A program made the position numbers and the translations under genes. The notes beneath the pieces are model-generated. The model saw nothing but the letters and a program-made list of their open reading frames with translations, ran no database searches and was not told the origin of the DNA. Below are positions 20,542 through 29,608 of a stretch of 64,000 nucleotides of DNA, one piece after another (the stretch's first letter is position 1; each line of letters opens with the position of its first letter). This stretch comes from Dissulfuribacterales bacterium (GTDB lineage Bacteria; Desulfobacterota; Dissulfuribacteria; Dissulfuribacterales; DYLC01), in contig JBEULL010000004.1 in NCBI GenBank assembly GCA_041287365.1, positions 72,353 through 136,352 of the forward strand, read 5' to 3'.

Positions 20542-21927
20542 ATGCAGGAACGGATACTCATAGTTGATGACGATATCGCAATTCGAGACGGATGTGCCCA
20601 GACTCTAAAACGCATGGATTACGAGGTCTCGGAGGCCGCGGCCGGTGACGAGGCCCTGTCACTGTTGGAGCGCTATGAATACGATCTGATCCTGCTGGAC
20701 CTCAAGATGCCGGATATCAACGGCCTTACCCTGCTTTCCCGCATCAAGGAAAAGGACAGTCTGGTGCCGGTCATCATGATCACGGCTTACGGCACCATTC
20801 ACAATGCCGTGGAGGCCATGCGTCTGGGCGCCACGGATTTTCTCTCCAAGCCCTTTGAACCGGATGAGCTGCGCATGGCGGTGCGCAGGGCATTGAATGC
20901 CCGGCGGCTTACCATCGAAAATATCTATCTCAAGGAAGAGCTGCGCAAAAAAGAGGGCGATGTCAAGTTGATTGGCCAGAGCCAGCCCATGCGCACTCTC
21001 ATGGAGCAGATTCGCCGAGTGGCCAATACCGACAGCACCGTGTTGATAACAGGCGAGAGCGGAACGGGTAAGGGGCTGATAGCCAGACGCATTCATGAAC
21101 TCAGCCAGCGCAAGGACAACGCCTTTGTTTCCGTGGATTGCTCCACCTTGGTGCCAACGCTGTTTGAAAGCGAGCTGTTCGGCCATGTGAAAGGGGCGTT
21201 TACAGGGGCGTCCGGTGCAAAAATGGGCAAGTTCGAGCTGGCCAATCGAGGCACTCTGTTTCTCGATGAGATTGGAAACATCAATTTGGAACTACAGGCC
21301 AAGCTGCTCAAGGCGGTGGAGGAAAAGGAGATCACTCGTGTGGGCAGCAACCGCCTTACCAAGGTGGATGTGCGTATTATCGCCGCTACGAACCAGGATC
21401 TCAAAAAGGCGGTGCAGCAGGGCGCTTTTCGAGAAGACCTGTACTTCCGTTTGAACGTAGTGGCCATCAAGACTCCGCCCCTGCGTGAACGCAGAGAGGA
21501 TATCGCCCTTCTCGCTCACTATTTTTTGCGCATATTCAGCGAAAAACACGACAGAACCGGTCTATACCTCACACAGGAGGCAGTGGGTCTGTTGGAGGAA
21601 TATTCCTGGCCTGGAAACGTAAGGGAACTGGAAAATACCATGGAGCGTTTGGCCATATTTGCCAGCGGTCCTCATATAGATCGTGAGGATGTGGAACTGG
21701 CCGGAATCGCTGCACAGAAAAGCGATGCACGGGAAGAAGACTCGTTTGACGGCATGAATGCAGCCCGATACGCGGTGTTTGAACTGATGCCCCTGGAAGA
21801 TGTGGAAAGGCAGTACGTGTTGCGGATACTGAATGAGACAAAGGGGAACCGAAGCGATGCGGCCCGTATCCTGGGCATAGACCGCAAGACCCTGCGTCTG
21901 AAGCTCAGAAGGTGGGGTCTGGAATGA
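20542..21927 (+). CDS. Sigma-54-dependent response regulator (NtrC/AtoC family)
   Basis: REC domain (DLILLDLKMPDING), AAA+ with Walker A GESGTGKG and the GAFTGA loop, ESELFGH, and a C-terminal Fis-type HTH (NRSDAARILGIDRKTL). Confidence 0.9.
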   Translation: MQERILIVDDDIAIRDGCAQTLKRMDYEVSEAAAGDEALSLLERYEYDLILLDLKMPDINGLTLLSRIKEKDSLVPVIMITAYGTIHNAVEAMRLGATDFLSKPFEPDELRMAVRRALNARRLTIENIYLKEELRKKEGDVKLIGQSQPMRTLMEQIRRVANTDSTVLITGESGTGKGLIARRIHELSQRKDNAFVSVDCSTLVPTLFESELFGHVKGAFTGASGAKMGKFELANRGTLFLDEIGNINLELQAKLLKAVEEKEITRVGSNRLTKVDVRIIAATNQDLKKAVQQGAFREDLYFRLNVVAIKTPPLRERREDIALLAHYFLRIFSEKHDRTGLYLTQEAVGLLEEYSWPGNVRELENTMERLAIFASGPHIDREDVELAGIAAQKSDAREEDSFDGMNAARYAVFELMPLEDVERQYVLRILNETKGNRSDAARILGIDRKTLRLKLRRWGLE

Positions 21928-22017
21928 ACTGCTGTTTCTGTCGGTAGATAGGGGAATGTTGCCGCTCGCGAAAGGGTGGCAGGTAAAGACATAAAATGGA
22001 ATATGGAGGGAGATTGT

Positions 22018-24162
22018 ATGTTTGCCGGTCTGTTTTTTCGAATAAAGCGCATTCTGGACGGCACCACATTGACTACCAAGATTATGCTGTTCGCCCTGCT
22101 GATCATAGTGGTTTTTATCTTCATGCAGGCAGGGTTCGAATATCTTGTACTGTACAGACAGGCTGAATTGTTTCGGGACACGGCGTTCAGGAACCACGAC
22201 AATCTGAAAAAGGCGATAACGAACCGTTCCAATACAAATACAGGGTTATCGAATTTTCTTGCAGCCAATCCGGATGTAAAGACAGCGCTGACCAACAAGG
22301 ACAGGACAGCTCTCCTCAAGGTGACGGAAGAGATAACGAAACAGTTGCTGCCCTTCTCCGATACGCCTGTGTATATCCATTTTCATGTGCCGCCTGGCCG
22401 TTCCTTTCTGCGGGTCTGGGAGCCGGAGATATATGGAGACGACCTTACAGTATCACGTCCTATGGTAAAGCAGGTGTTTCAAAATGGTATCGGCGCCACT
22501 GGTATAGAATCGGGCCGTTCAGGCCTGGCGATTAGAAGTATCACACCTGTTCAAAGCTATACAGGGGCTGTCATCGGCAGTGTAGAGGTCTTTTCCAGGC
22601 TGAATGATATTGTAAACTCCCTCGGCTCGATGACAGGAGAGATATGTCTGGTTTTCAATACATCGGAGCCAGAAGGTTCCGCTCAGAGGCTCGATGGGTT
22701 AAAGATAGGCCGGTTTGTTTCATATAACAGTATGCCGTCAGGTGTGCCAGTGCACAAAATCAATGAATCATTTCTGGAGGAGGGTATGAAGGCGCCTGCC
22801 GCATTCATACTGGACGGCTTTGCCCTTACTGCAGCACCCATCACGGACTGGTCCAATCAGGTCAAGGGGGTGTATCTCAGGATTATTCCCAACCCATATT
22901 CCCAGCAGCTGCGCCAGATAATAAGCATTGACGAACACATTATGGTCACATTGATACTGAGTCTGGTCATCCTTCTCGCCGGTTTTTTCTGGGGTAAATC
23001 CCTGGTCAATCCCTTGAAGCAAATGACTGAGCTTCTGCAACAGCTCAAGGATTGCACAGGAAACACTGAGGCAGGCTGTACGGCCATAATCAGCATTCCG
23101 GTACAGACCAATGACGAGGTTGGCCAGGTGGCCAAGGCGGTGAACGACCTGGTGCACACCATTCGAGAGCTCTCCATCTTTCGCCGCACCATAGAGGCGG
23201 ACGAGACGGTGGAGGATATTTATATGCGGCTGGCACGCGTGTTCGAGCATCAATTGAGTCTGGGAATGTTCGTGATCTATGAGTTCGATGTCAAGCAGGA
23301 TGCTCTGATGCCCATATATTGCCAGCCTCCAGAGATTCAAGGAGACCTGCCTGAGCTCCTCGATGACAGGTGTAGGGCTAAACGCACGGGCGCCGTGGTT
23401 TCTTCCATTGACAATCCCGGAATATGCCGCCTGTTTCCATGGCCGGATGCCCTGACACATACCTGTATTCCCATGACCATCGGCGGACAGGTGGTGGGAG
23501 TGGTGCAATTCATGTTTCCGTACGTGGATAATCCCATGCGGCAGACCTGCACGGCAAAGGCGCTGCAGGATGCGAGACGTTATCTGCAGGAGGCCATGCC
23601 GGTAATTCAGGCCAAGAGATATGCCAGGGCTGTAGAGGAGATGGCAGTGAAAGACCAGTTGACAGGTTTGTATAACAGGCGTTATCTGGAGCTTTATATA
23701 GATAACATCCTGTCAGGGGTAAAACGCAGAAATTCGACCCTTTGCATTCTGATGTGCGATATAGACTATTTCAAAAAGGTGAACGATGAATACGGCCATG
23801 ATGCAGGGGATATCGTTTTGAAGGAACTAGGGCATATCCTGGCCTCAAATGTAAGGGCCGCCGACCTGGTGATACGCTTCGGAGGAGAAGAGTTTCTGGT
23901 ATTGTTAATAGATTGTGCTACGCCCGATGCAATGGCCGTTGCGGAAAAATTGCGGGATACCTTTGAGAATCATATCATAAGGCTGCCAGGCCAGAATATT
24001 AAAAAGACTCTGAGTATCGGAGTGAGTGAATTCCCCACGGATTCCGATGCCATCTGGGAGGCCATAAAATTTGCGGACATCGCCCTTTACAAGGCCAAGG
24101 AGGCCGGCAGGAACAAGGTTATGCGCTTCACTCCGGATATGTGGCAGGAAAAGTCGTATTGA
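22018..24162 (+). CDS. Sensor diguanylate cyclase (periplasmic Cache-like domain, HAMP, GAF-like region, GGDEF with I-site)
   Basis: The Cache-like block is YIHFHVPPGRSFLRVWEPEIYGDDLTVSRP...GIESGRSGLAIRSITPV. Active site RFGGEEF has RAAD five residues upstream (RxxD I-site). The preferred start is ATG 22018 after GGAGGGAG. The ORF track extends to GTG 21976. Confidence 0.85.
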   Translation: MFAGLFFRIKRILDGTTLTTKIMLFALLIIVVFIFMQAGFEYLVLYRQAELFRDTAFRNHDNLKKAITNRSNTNTGLSNFLAANPDVKTALTNKDRTALLKVTEEITKQLLPFSDTPVYIHFHVPPGRSFLRVWEPEIYGDDLTVSRPMVKQVFQNGIGATGIESGRSGLAIRSITPVQSYTGAVIGSVEVFSRLNDIVNSLGSMTGEICLVFNTSEPEGSAQRLDGLKIGRFVSYNSMPSGVPVHKINESFLEEGMKAPAAFILDGFALTAAPITDWSNQVKGVYLRIIPNPYSQQLRQIISIDEHIMVTLILSLVILLAGFFWGKSLVNPLKQMTELLQQLKDCTGNTEAGCTAIISIPVQTNDEVGQVAKAVNDLVHTIRELSIFRRTIEADETVEDIYMRLARVFEHQLSLGMFVIYEFDVKQDALMPIYCQPPEIQGDLPELLDDRCRAKRTGAVVSSIDNPGICRLFPWPDALTHTCIPMTIGGQVVGVVQFMFPYVDNPMRQTCTAKALQDARRYLQEAMPVIQAKRYARAVEEMAVKDQLTGLYNRRYLELYIDNILSGVKRRNSTLCILMCDIDYFKKVNDEYGHDAGDIVLKELGHILASNVRAADLVIRFGGEEFLVLLIDCATPDAMAVAEKLRDTFENHIIRLPGQNIKKTLSIGVSEFPTDSDAIWEAIKFADIALYKAKEAGRNKVMRFTPDMWQEKSY

Positions 24163-24325
24163 CCTGAGTGGATTTTAATCGTAGAGTTAAAAATAAAGGG
24201 AGATTTCCATGTTGGAGGGCCTCCCTGCAGTTATTTCCTATACAGGAGGATTTCAAAGGCGCGACATATCATTCATAACGAAAACCGGTAGTCATCAATC
24301 AGCATTCACCCTCTTTTTATTACGC

Positions 24326-24340
24326 TGGTGCAGTACTCGC
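24326..24340 (+). promoter_or_regulatory. Weak sigma-54-type -24/-12 candidate upstream of the RRM-hyp gene string
   Basis: TGGTGCAGTACTCGC has GG and GC with the canonical 10-nt spacing. The flanking positions fit TGGCAC-N5-TTGC only partly. It lies ~55 nt upstream of ATG 24395. Confidence 0.25.
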
Positions 24341-24394
24341 GGCAGGAACGCAAAAAAGAGCCCTTTTTTCTCTAACTATTTTCGGGACAAAACA

Positions 24395-24757
24395 ATGAAC
24401 ATATATGTAGGCAACATACCAAGAAACACACAGGAACAGGACCTTATGCAGGCATTTTCCGCCTTTGGGCAAGTTTCCACCGTCAACATCATCAAGGACA
24501 AATTCACTGGTGAGGGCAGGGGGTTCGGTTTTGTGGAGATGCCGGATACTACTGCGGCGCAGGCGGCCATTGCAGCATTGAATGGCAAGGATTTCATGGG
24601 CAGGCCGCTCACAGTAAACGAGGCAAAACCACGCACCGATGACCGCAGAGGCGGAGGTGGACGTGGAGGCTACGGTGGAGGTAACAGAGAAGGTGGTAGG
24701 GGAGGCGGCAGGGGCCGTGGTGGTTCCGGCGGTGGCGGGGGACGCCGCTCCTGGTAA
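24395..24757 (+). CDS. RRM-type RNA-binding protein with Gly/Arg-rich (RGG) tail
   Basis: RNP2 NIYVGNI and RNP1 RGFGFVEM, with C-terminal RRGGGGRGGYGGGNREGGRGGGRGRGGSGGGGGRR. The internal ATG 24395 is chosen; the upstream 62 codons of the ORF track show no homology features. Confidence 0.85.
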   Translation: MNIYVGNIPRNTQEQDLMQAFSAFGQVSTVNIIKDKFTGEGRGFGFVEMPDTTAAQAAIAALNGKDFMGRPLTVNEAKPRTDDRRGGGGRGGYGGGNREGGRGGGRGRGGSGGGGGRRSW

Positions 24758-24769
24758 CAGAGGTCTGTC

Positions 24770-25033
24770 ATGTGTCTTGCAGTGCCCATGCGGGTCAAAA
24801 AACTTCTTGACGCGACAGGGGCTGAGTGCGGTCGGACGGATGATCCACCCGTGGCTGCGGTTGTGGAAGCGAACGGCGTGGAGCGTAGTGTCCGCCTGGA
24901 TATTGTTGACATCATTCCCGGACAGGGCGATTATGTCATCGTCCACGCTGGCTTTGCCATTCGTACCCTGCCGCCCGAGGATGCCCTGAAGGATCTGGAG
25001 CTTATTCGTCAGGCGCTGGAGCGCTCTCCATGA
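24770..25033 (+). CDS. hypC: Hydrogenase assembly chaperone HypC/HupF
   Basis: N-terminal MCLAVPMRV signature. 87 aa. Confidence 0.9.
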   Translation: MCLAVPMRVKKLLDATGAECGRTDDPPVAAVVEANGVERSVRLDIVDIIPGQGDYVIVHAGFAIRTLPPEDALKDLELIRQALERSP

Positions 25034-26166
25034 ACGATTCAAGTTCCTTTGAGGCAGATTACAGAAAACCTGCATTGATCTCATTCTTGAGGCAGCGCCT
25101 TGTCTCTGTTTTCGATGCTGACAGGGGCAGAGAGGTCTTCTGTATGGAGGTCTGCGGCACACACACCGTAAGTATCTTCAGACATGGAATACGTTCCATG
25201 CTGCCTTTAGGTCTGCATCTCATATCAGGGCCGGGCTGTCCGGTATGTGTCACCACTCAGCGGGATATCGACGCCTTTATATGGTTGAGCCATCAGGATT
25301 GCATCGTCACTACATTTGGAGACTTGATGCGTGTTCCAGGTACCGAAAGCAGTCTTCAGGAAGCCAGGGCTACGGGCGCTCGCGTGCTGCCGGTCTATTC
25401 CCCAATGGATGTCATCTCTGTGGCAAAAGAGCACTCGAATCTTCTTGTTGTCTTTTTGGCCGTAGGTTTTGAAACCACCATTCCGGGCATAGCGAGTATG
25501 CTTTATGAGGCGAAGCGCCTGAATCTCTCCAATCTGGCCATATATTCGGCCATGAAGCTCATGCCGCCGGTATTGACTGCCATCTTCAGCGATCCAGACT
25601 GTGGAATACAAGGCCTCATCTGCCCTGGGCATGTGAGCGCCATCATAGGCGCAAAGGCATATGCCCCCTTTGTGGAGCGCTATGGTGTGCCATGTGTCAT
25701 TACTGGGTTTGAGCCGGTGGATATCATGCGAGGCCTTTGTCAGTTGAGCGAGATGATCCTAAATGGACAGTCAGGGATTTATAACGCATATGAACGAGTG
25801 GTGAGTTGGAATGGCAATCAGCGGGCCCTGGACATGATGCATCGGGTCTTTATGCCGAAGGACGCCCAATGGCGTGGGCTTGGCACCATTCCTCAGAGCG
25901 GGCTTGGGTTACGGCCTGAGTATGTGGATTTCGATGTAAGTAATCACATACAATTGCCTGAAACACTGAAAATGGGGCAAGATGAACGGTTACCACAAGG
26001 ATTCCTCAAAAAAAATCATGGTTGTAAATGCGGTGAGATCATCAAAGGCAAGGCATCTCCCCTCTCATGTCCTTTATTTGGCAAGGCTTGTACTCCGTCC
26101 AGACCTTTTGGTCCGTGTATGGTCTCCACAGAAGGCACATGCGCCGCATTTTTCAAATACGGATAA
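25030..26166 (+). CDS. hypD: Hydrogenase expression/formation protein HypD
   Basis: Blocks MEVCGTHT, SGPGCPVCVT, GFETT and C-terminal FGPCMVSTEGTCAAFFKYG. Confidence 0.95.
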   Translation: MNDSSSFEADYRKPALISFLRQRLVSVFDADRGREVFCMEVCGTHTVSIFRHGIRSMLPLGLHLISGPGCPVCVTTQRDIDAFIWLSHQDCIVTTFGDLMRVPGTESSLQEARATGARVLPVYSPMDVISVAKEHSNLLVVFLAVGFETTIPGIASMLYEAKRLNLSNLAIYSAMKLMPPVLTAIFSDPDCGIQGLICPGHVSAIIGAKAYAPFVERYGVPCVITGFEPVDIMRGLCQLSEMILNGQSGIYNAYERVVSWNGNQRALDMMHRVFMPKDAQWRGLGTIPQSGLGLRPEYVDFDVSNHIQLPETLKMGQDERLPQGFLKKNHGCKCGEIIKGKASPLSCPLFGKACTPSRPFGPCMVSTEGTCAAFFKYG

Positions 26167-26245
26167 AAGATATCGTTATGGAAACATCTAAGAAAATAAG
26201 AATCTTCAGGCCGTCGCAGGTGTGTTTGTGGAGGGGTGGGCCTCT

Positions 26246-27253
26246 ATGCGATATATAACCTTGGATCATGGAAGCGGTGGTCTGGCCAGTCAAGAATTGC
26301 TTGCCGACCATCTGCTTCCGTTTTTGAAGAATTCGATGCTGAATGAGCTGGAAGACAGCGCAGTTATTCAGATCGGGGATACAAAGATCGCTTTCACTAC
26401 CGATAGTTATGTGGTGGATCCCATATTTTTCCCGGGTGGAGATATCGCCAAATTGGCTGTAAACGGCACTCTGAACGATCTGGCCATGAAGGCCGCAAAC
26501 CCACTCTATCTGAGTTTGGGGTTGATTCTTGAGGAGGGTTTCCCTCTCAACGAATTGGAACAGGTAGTTTCCTCCCTTGCCAAAGCGGCCCAAGATGCAG
26601 GTGTTACGGTGGTGACAGGCGATACTAAAGTGGTGCCTCACGGCAAGGGTGACCGAATATTCATCAACACATCAGGAATCGGAATCATCGACTGTGCCCC
26701 CATTCCTTCTTATCGCAGAATCCAGCCTGGTGATTGCATTCTGGTATCAGGTACAGTAGGGGACCACGGCATTACCATCCTGACCAGCCGCAAGGGCTTG
26801 CATCTGGAAACCCCCATACTCAGCGATACCATGCCCCTTCACGGGTTGGTAGCCGCTTTGCTGGACAAGGTGGGGGCATGTCTGCACTGCATGCGTGACC
26901 CTACCAGAGGTGGACTTGCTACCACGCTTACGGAATTGGCCTCCAGAAGCGGCTGGAGCTTTGAGGTGGATGAGCAGGCCATTCCCATCACCCATGCTGT
27001 GGCCTCTGCATGTGAGATATTGGGGTTTGATCCACTATATCTGGCCAATGAGGGCAAGTGCGTGATCTTTGTTTCTTCTGAATGCGCTCAAGAAGCGTTG
27101 CGGTTTATACGCAGCCGCAGCGAGGGTTGTGATGCCGCAATTATCGGAAGGGTGCTTTCCGATAAAAACGGCAGGGTTGTACTTAACACTGCAATTGGGG
27201 GGAAAAGGCTGTTGAGACCCCTTGCAGGTGAGCCGCTTCCGAGAATATGCTGA
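26246..27253 (+). CDS. hypE: Hydrogenase maturation carbamoyl dehydratase HypE
   Basis: N-terminal ITLDHGSGG, AIR-synthase-like fold blocks, and C-terminal GEPLPRIC. Start set at ATG 26246; the ORF track starts at GTG 26222. Confidence 0.9.
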   Translation: MRYITLDHGSGGLASQELLADHLLPFLKNSMLNELEDSAVIQIGDTKIAFTTDSYVVDPIFFPGGDIAKLAVNGTLNDLAMKAANPLYLSLGLILEEGFPLNELEQVVSSLAKAAQDAGVTVVTGDTKVVPHGKGDRIFINTSGIGIIDCAPIPSYRRIQPGDCILVSGTVGDHGITILTSRKGLHLETPILSDTMPLHGLVAALLDKVGACLHCMRDPTRGGLATTLTELASRSGWSFEVDEQAIPITHAVASACEILGFDPLYLANEGKCVIFVSSECAQEALRFIRSRSEGCDAAIIGRVLSDKNGRVVLNTAIGGKRLLRPLAGEPLPRIC

Positions 27254-27837
27254 AGAAAATCAATATATTAGGTCTTGGCAATCTGTTGATGTCCGATGAA
27301 GGTTTCGGTGTGCACTGCATACGATGCATAGAGGAGCACTATGATTTTTCTTCGGCTGTCCTGAATGGCTTCGAGATACAGGTGGTGGATGCGGGCACAG
27401 GCGGCATGGTGCTCGGTCCTTATCTGGAGGATGTGGACCGTGTGATTCTGATAGACGTGATCTCGACGGCGCCGGAGCCCTCTCCTTCCACCTCGGTTTT
27501 ATTTCAGGATCAAGACACGGGCCAGGCACTCTATCACTTCGCCGGTTCCGACGCCTTTCGCAGGCACTCCCTTCAATCCGCCCTGTCTCCGCATCAGGTA
27601 GGCATATTGGAGGTGTTTGAGCTCTCCATGCTTCGGGGCAATGCAGCGAGGTACATGGATTTTTTCTGTGCGGTAGCCATTGATTTGAGTCTTGGAGTCC
27701 AGCTTTCGTTCGGGCTTCAGGCGCTTTTGCCTCAAATGGTTTCGCAGATTATCTCCTTTTTGCAGGGTTTTGGTGTGCCCGTTGTTCATGTAAAAAAACA
27801 CAGCAGTCCCAAGGTATTTTCCGGCCTCCATGCATGA
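27247..27837 (+). CDS. Hydrogenase maturation endopeptidase (HyaD/HybD family)
   Basis: N-terminal ILGLGNLLMSDEGFGVHCI and ILIDVI blocks. It overlaps the hypE stop. Confidence 0.8.
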   Translation: MLKKINILGLGNLLMSDEGFGVHCIRCIEEHYDFSSAVLNGFEIQVVDAGTGGMVLGPYLEDVDRVILIDVISTAPEPSPSTSVLFQDQDTGQALYHFAGSDAFRRHSLQSALSPHQVGILEVFELSMLRGNAARYMDFFCAVAIDLSLGVQLSFGLQALLPQMVSQIISFLQGFGVPVVHVKKHSSPKVFSGLHA

Positions 27838-28225
27838 ATTTTCCATAGCTCAAGGGTTGGTCGCTCAATTGAAGGAGCTTTTGGCCCTGCATCAAAGGCG
27901 CACCGTCACATCCATCAGGCTGTCCATAGGGTTGTTTTCCGGCGTAGTGACCGAATCCCTTCTCTTTTCCCTTAAGATGCTGGCTGAACAGGAACCTGCA
28001 CTTAAGGAAATGAAAGTGGAGGTGCAGTCTCCGGCCGTCGAGTGTACATGCAGCCAGTGCGGCCATCGCTTTAATGTGGACGCCCAGTTTTTGATGAGTT
28101 ATTCGAATACGTCCGCTGCGGGCATATTTTCAAGTCTTGCCACGTACTGTCCTGTGTGCGGCAGTGAATTCTGCACGCACCGAGGCGGGGATGAACTGCT
28201 GTTGCTCACAGTGGAAATGACATAG
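27830..28225 (+). CDS. hypA: Hydrogenase nickel incorporation protein HypA
   Basis: N-terminal MHEFSIAQ and a zinc site CSQCG...CPVCG. Confidence 0.85.
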   Translation: MHEFSIAQGLVAQLKELLALHQRRTVTSIRLSIGLFSGVVTESLLFSLKMLAEQEPALKEMKVEVQSPAVECTCSQCGHRFNVDAQFLMSYSNTSAAGIFSSLATYCPVCGSEFCTHRGGDELLLLTVEMT

Positions 28226-28265
28226 CTTGTGTATGTCTGGTTTTGAAATATATTGTGCAGCAATG

Positions 28266-28294
28266 TTGACAAGTTGAAACTAAAAAGTTATAAG
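28266..28294 (+). promoter_or_regulatory. Near-consensus sigma-70-type promoter
   Basis: TTGACA (28266-28271), a 17-nt spacer, then TATAAG (28289-28294). It lies ~310 nt upstream of the decaheme gene start. Confidence 0.4.
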
Positions 28295-28602
28295 ATTAAA
28301 AAATGAACCAATATTCACATGGAGAATCTCTTGATGGCCGAGTATCTTTTGCGACCATGATTCCTAATTATCAGAGTGTCTCAGGCTGAGGCTATTGAAT
28401 ATATTCAAGAGCTTATGTCGTGTGCCCTGATACATGGCAAGACGTTGAAGTCTTTTTGAGCCCTTTTGATCTGCAGCTTTGTGCGGATTGATGGGGCTTT
28501 TTTATTTTCTAAAGAAGGGGGTGATGACAAAATTTAGTTTGAGATTTTTAGAAACTTGTTTGTCTTTGTTCTGTTTCAAAAAAAAACAACGAGGAGGTAA
28601 CT

Positions 28603-29595
28603 ATGCTTCGAAAATTGATTGTAGTCGCTGCCTGTGCAGGCCTGATCATGGGCTGCACTCAGGCCGTTGAAAAGCGGGCTAACATCGTAAAGCCGCCGGA
28701 GATCGATCCATGCGCCAAGTATGTGGGAAATGACACCTGTATGGGTTGTCATGAAGAAATCTCCAAGGAACGGCACAATGTGCATTTGCGTATCGCATCC
28801 TTTGAGGCGCCAGGTGCCAAGGCCATTGGCTGTGAGGGCTGTCACGGACCAGGCTCTCTTCATGTGGATGGCGGAGGAGACAAGACCAAGATTTTGCGTT
28901 TTGGTGAAGAAGGTCTGAATGATGAGGAAGTGGCGGCTGTGTGTACCACCTGCCACAGCTCCAAGGAACATTTGAACTGGGCTGGCTCCGCCCATGCGGA
29001 AAATGATGTCACCTGCACCACCTGTCACAAGGTGCATAAAAACGACAATAAGGCCCTGCTTTTCAAGGGTCAAAACGAGCTCTGCGGCACATGTCATCAA
29101 GATGTCATGGCTCAGACCTATTTTGCATCCCATCATCCCATTAAAGAGGGCAAGATGGGCTGCACAGACTGTCACAACCCCCATGGCGGAAATAACTTCG
29201 GCAAGGCCATGCTCAAGACCGATGAGCGTGTCAACGACCTCTGTCTCAAGTGCCATACCCGTTATCAAGGGCCGTTTGTTTTTGAACACGATCCTGTTGT
29301 GGAAGACTGCATGATCTGTCACGACCCTCACGGTACGGTAGCCAACAACCTGCTGCGCCAGCAGGAGCCATTTCTGTGTCTGCAGTGTCATGAGGCACAC
29401 TTTCATGCAGCCCGTGCATCCAACAGCAAATTCGCTGTAACGGCACCAGGGGATGCCTCCAGCACCATAGGTGCTACGGAATATGGATTCCAGAAGTCCT
29501 TTATGACTAAATGCACACAATGTCACCCCTATGTGCATGGTTCGGATCTGCCTTCGCAGTCTGTAGCCGGCCAGGGTCAGGCATTGACAAGATAG
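28603..29595 (+). CDS. Decaheme c-type cytochrome, MtrA/DmsE/PioA family, probable lipoprotein
   Basis: Ten CxxCH motifs counted by hand (CMGCH, CEGCH, CTTCH x2, CGTCH, CTDCH, CLKCH, CMICH, CLQCH, CTQCH). Terminal CTQCHPYVHGS. The signal peptide has LIMGC. Strong RBS GAGGAGG. Confidence 0.9.
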   Translation: MLRKLIVVAACAGLIMGCTQAVEKRANIVKPPEIDPCAKYVGNDTCMGCHEEISKERHNVHLRIASFEAPGAKAIGCEGCHGPGSLHVDGGGDKTKILRFGEEGLNDEEVAAVCTTCHSSKEHLNWAGSAHAENDVTCTTCHKVHKNDNKALLFKGQNELCGTCHQDVMAQTYFASHHPIKEGKMGCTDCHNPHGGNNFGKAMLKTDERVNDLCLKCHTRYQGPFVFEHDPVVEDCMICHDPHGTVANNLLRQQEPFLCLQCHEAHFHAARASNSKFAVTAPGDASSTIGATEYGFQKSFMTKCTQCHPYVHGSDLPSQSVAGQGQALTR

Positions 29596-29608
29596 AGGAG
29601 GAAAGACC

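Noticed and set aside
21976-22017. N-terminal extensions in the ORF track (diguanylate cyclase, and likewise the RRM protein, hypE, serA, DegT, M48 protease, ArnT-like, the ATPase and the 502-aa orphan)
   Set aside because: In each case an internal ATG with a better Shine-Dalgarno sequence matches the expected family N-terminus, or it removes an overlap with the neighbouring gene.
24320-25162. 280-aa minus-strand ORF across the RRM gene, hypC and the hypD start
   Set aside because: It is kept open by the GGN-rich RGG-tail sequence. It spans three well-supported plus-strand genes.
28361-28459. Short frame reading ..VSQAEAIEYIQELMSCALIHGKTLKSF* in the leader upstream of the decaheme gene; looks protein-like
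   Set aside because: No ATG with an RBS was found, only a possible GTG. It is too short to support. It could be a gene remnant, and it is mentioned only under the leader finding.
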